Source: Podarcis melisellensis (lineage: Eukaryota). Taken from it: a DNA stretch of 64,000 nucleotides. The notes beneath the pieces are model-generated. The model was not told where the DNA came from and did not search any database. It saw only the letters and a program-made list of their open reading frames with translations. The DNA lies in NCBI GenBank assembly GCA_964234715.1, contig OZ174281.1, one strand, 5' to 3'. Shown here piece by piece: positions 61,492-64,000 of the stretch. The stretch's first letter is position 1. Each line of letters opens with the position of its first letter. The translations under genes were made by a program, and so were the position numbers.

Positions 61492-63290
61492 ATCTTTTCC
61501 CAGTGATTTTTCTTCCCTAATTCATGACATGGCATGGTGGTATTTATATTTAATGACTCAAACTATATTCTGATACAGGATATGTGAACCCTCTTCTGTT
61601 ATAAAGCAGAAATATTTGTGTTTTGTTTGTGTTATCTTTTCACTAGTATTACAGGTAAAAAAAAATCAACTTCAAAGGAGTATTTGCAGTAAAGGACAAG
61701 CAATAAAAACATAGTATAGATTCATTTCCTCAATTTAAAGCACTTACAGTTTTTACCAATCTGTAAACCTCTCTAAGAGAAAAATTGAATTTCTCTAGTG
61801 GATTTCTCTATGAAGTGTTACGGTGTGTAAAAAAAGACGATGGGAAAATTGAGGTAATTATTTTATTCAAGGTTTTAAAAACCTCCAAGGAAGGAGAGAT
61901 AGAATGATGGAATCTTACAGTTGGAAGTGACCCCAGGGGTCAACTAGTCCAACCCCCTGCAATGCAGGAATCTCAGTTAAAGCATCCATGGCAGATGGCC
62001 ATCCAACCTCTGTTTATAAATTGAATTAAGTGCAATTCAAGTGTTCAATGTGCTTTAAATGTCTTCAGCTGGTGTAGTGTAAGAAACAGAATAGTAATGC
62101 AGTTTGTGTCTTGCATTTGGCATGATCTCAGCATGTTCCCTTAAGTAAGCCACATTTCCCTCAATGCTCTTCCTTCAGTATGGAAATAATTGCACTAATA
62201 CTATATAATATTATACATTATAAGTATTATAACCCGGGAGGTAATGTAGCTGTTCTGACAAATCCTGGATATTTGAGGAACTTTACTCAGCTTTAGCTCC
62301 AGACTTAGCCTGCAATCTTTTGCACTGCGCTGGTGGTGGTAGGGTTTGGATTGTTGGAGCTGTTCCTCAGCCAAGCCCTACCAGCCTCTACTGGCCTCTA
62401 CCCATAGGGGGTCACTCTGCTGGGGCAGAATTGCCTGTTCCCTCTGCCAAATGTATGCTTGGTTAGAAGTCATGCCAGTGGGATCTCCACTCATGGCAGC
62501 TGATGAAAAATTCTGAAAGGGGACAAGGACAGGGAGAGACAGGAGCCAGTCCCACTACTGTCCCGTGGTGGCACTGGGCCTGATGTGGGTCTAAGTGAGG
62601 TGCCCCTCCACCTTCTGCCCAGACCAGCAGCAACGCTGCGGATGTGACAGTGGTCTCTTTGCTCTGTTATGCCTCACAACGCCCAAGCCAGGATTTGGAT
62701 AACAGCCTTAGTCATGGTTATAGATGATCCACAAAAATCAATGTGGTTTAACTCAGTAATAGCTAACTTGTCAAGTTGATTTCAATGCTTTGGCTCTATG
62801 TATGGCCAAGTCTGGATCCAGTCCACTATATACATAACCCTAAATAATACATATACCTTCCAAGATAGCCACAATTCACATTTCTTCAGCAAAAGCAGTC
62901 TCTAAGCAGTTTACAACTATAAAATAAATATGATCAACCAGTTGTGCATCTCCAGCTAAATAACCAATATCCACGCTCTACTCTAGAAGACCACTGCCAA
63001 TTAGTCTTGACCTGGTGGTGGATTTTATATCACACATACTGAAACATGATTGATCTACACAATACAGGTAAAAAGAAAAAAAAGTGTGGTCTATGTTTGC
63101 CTCCACACCCCAGCATGAAGCCAGACACAGTTAATGGTTTTGTCTATGTACCACAACTTATTTACTTACAAGTCTGATCTACATATGATTAAATAATACT
63201 ACTTCTATAACCTCAGTGATGACATACTTAATGCCAAGATGGAGGCTAGGAACTGTCTTTTCTGCCAGACACATTAAACAGTTGTCGCCA

Positions 63291-63348
63291 TTCAATATTG
63301 ATCCAATACTTGGACATTGTTGGGTCCAAGTATTGGATCAATATTGAA
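63291..63348. repeat. Perfect inverted repeat, 25-bp arms with 8-nt loop
   Basis: TTCAATATTGATCCAATACTTGGAC-ATTGTTGG-GTCCAAGTATTGGATCAATATTGAA. Confidence 0.92.
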
Positions 63349-64000
63349 ACTGGTCTTTTCTCTTCAGTGCCCTCCCTCCCAGCTCCACTGAGTGCAAATG
63401 AGGACCTTTAGGTATCATCAGCTCTGAGCCAGTAAGTGCTACAGTCAATGAGATCATCCGTACAGACGAATAATTGCCATCACCAGATTCTCCCAAATTA
63501 GTAAGAATACCATGGAGGTTGGTTTGGGTAACTCTCCTTTCAGGTCTTGGGCTGCTCACTATAGGATCCTTTTGCTTTCTAACCTACATAGCACTTGCCA
63601 GTTGTGACACATTTAAAAAGAATGGCTGGGGTCCAAATACAGCCAGTCTTTAATTACTGACTGCCTAGCAGATGAGAAAGCTCCTGTCATTCATCCTCTC
63701 ATTTGGCCAATTTAGCAACAAGAACAAAGTACTACCATTCAGCCCCAGTTGGGAACTGATAGATCCTGCCTTGTTTGAAGCTAGAAGGAGAAGGCCACAT
63801 ACTGCCATGCCAAACAGAGGCCTAGAGATGGTGCCCACCCCAACTGTCCACATAGGCAGCGTTGAGAACATGCTGCACAATTTACACCTCCAAAAGATTA
63901 AAGCAAAAGCGTCTTCTGTGGAGTTCAAAGATACACATAAAAAGGTTGCATCCACATTACACATGACCTCCTACATTAAAACAATGGGTTAAGCATTGCA

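Larger units (their letters stand above)
53222..64000 (+). repeat. Second copy of a tandem segmental duplication (53222-56943 matches 32616-36331; 56945-64000 matches 43110-50160)
   Basis: Near-identical non-coding sequence, shared TE insertions and duplicated spurious ORFs; offsets ~20.6 kb and ~13.8 kb. Confidence 0.95.

Noticed and set aside
1-64000. CRISPR arrays, rRNA/tRNA genes, prokaryotic systems, Pcdh constant exons
   Set aside because: None seen. The only tRNA-like boxes belong to the Sauria SINE, and the constant exons are expected left of the window

Overview
Vertebrate genomic DNA, most likely a squamate. Lacertid lizard is inferred from a Sauria SINE, Bov-B/RTE and CR1 LINE fragments, a Penelope-type remnant and hAT/Tc1 MITEs. 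The window covers the 3' part of the variable region of the clustered protocadherin-gamma locus, transcribed on the minus strand. It holds 8 intact large variable exons: PCDHGC3 (runs off the left edge), six gamma-B-like and one gamma-A-like. Each has a ~40-bp CSE/CTCF promoter element about 190-270 bp upstream of its ATG, and each complete exon ends at a phase-0 GT donor for splicing to constant exons outside the window. At least four decayed exon relics lie between them; two are clearly gamma-A-like and the other two, a duplicated pair, are of uncertain subfamily. The right half is a recent ~20.6-kb tandem duplication whose boundary falls inside EC2 of a gamma-B exon, apparently creating a chimeric isoform; the second copy lacks ~6.8 kb including the gamma-A gene. 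Other notable points: gene-conversion patchwork, CpG-less CSE variants, a transposon-derived in-frame alternative donor and a perfect 58-nt hairpin. No wholly new system could be established from sequence alone; the best candidates are mechanisms of Pcdh diversification. Two N gaps are present.
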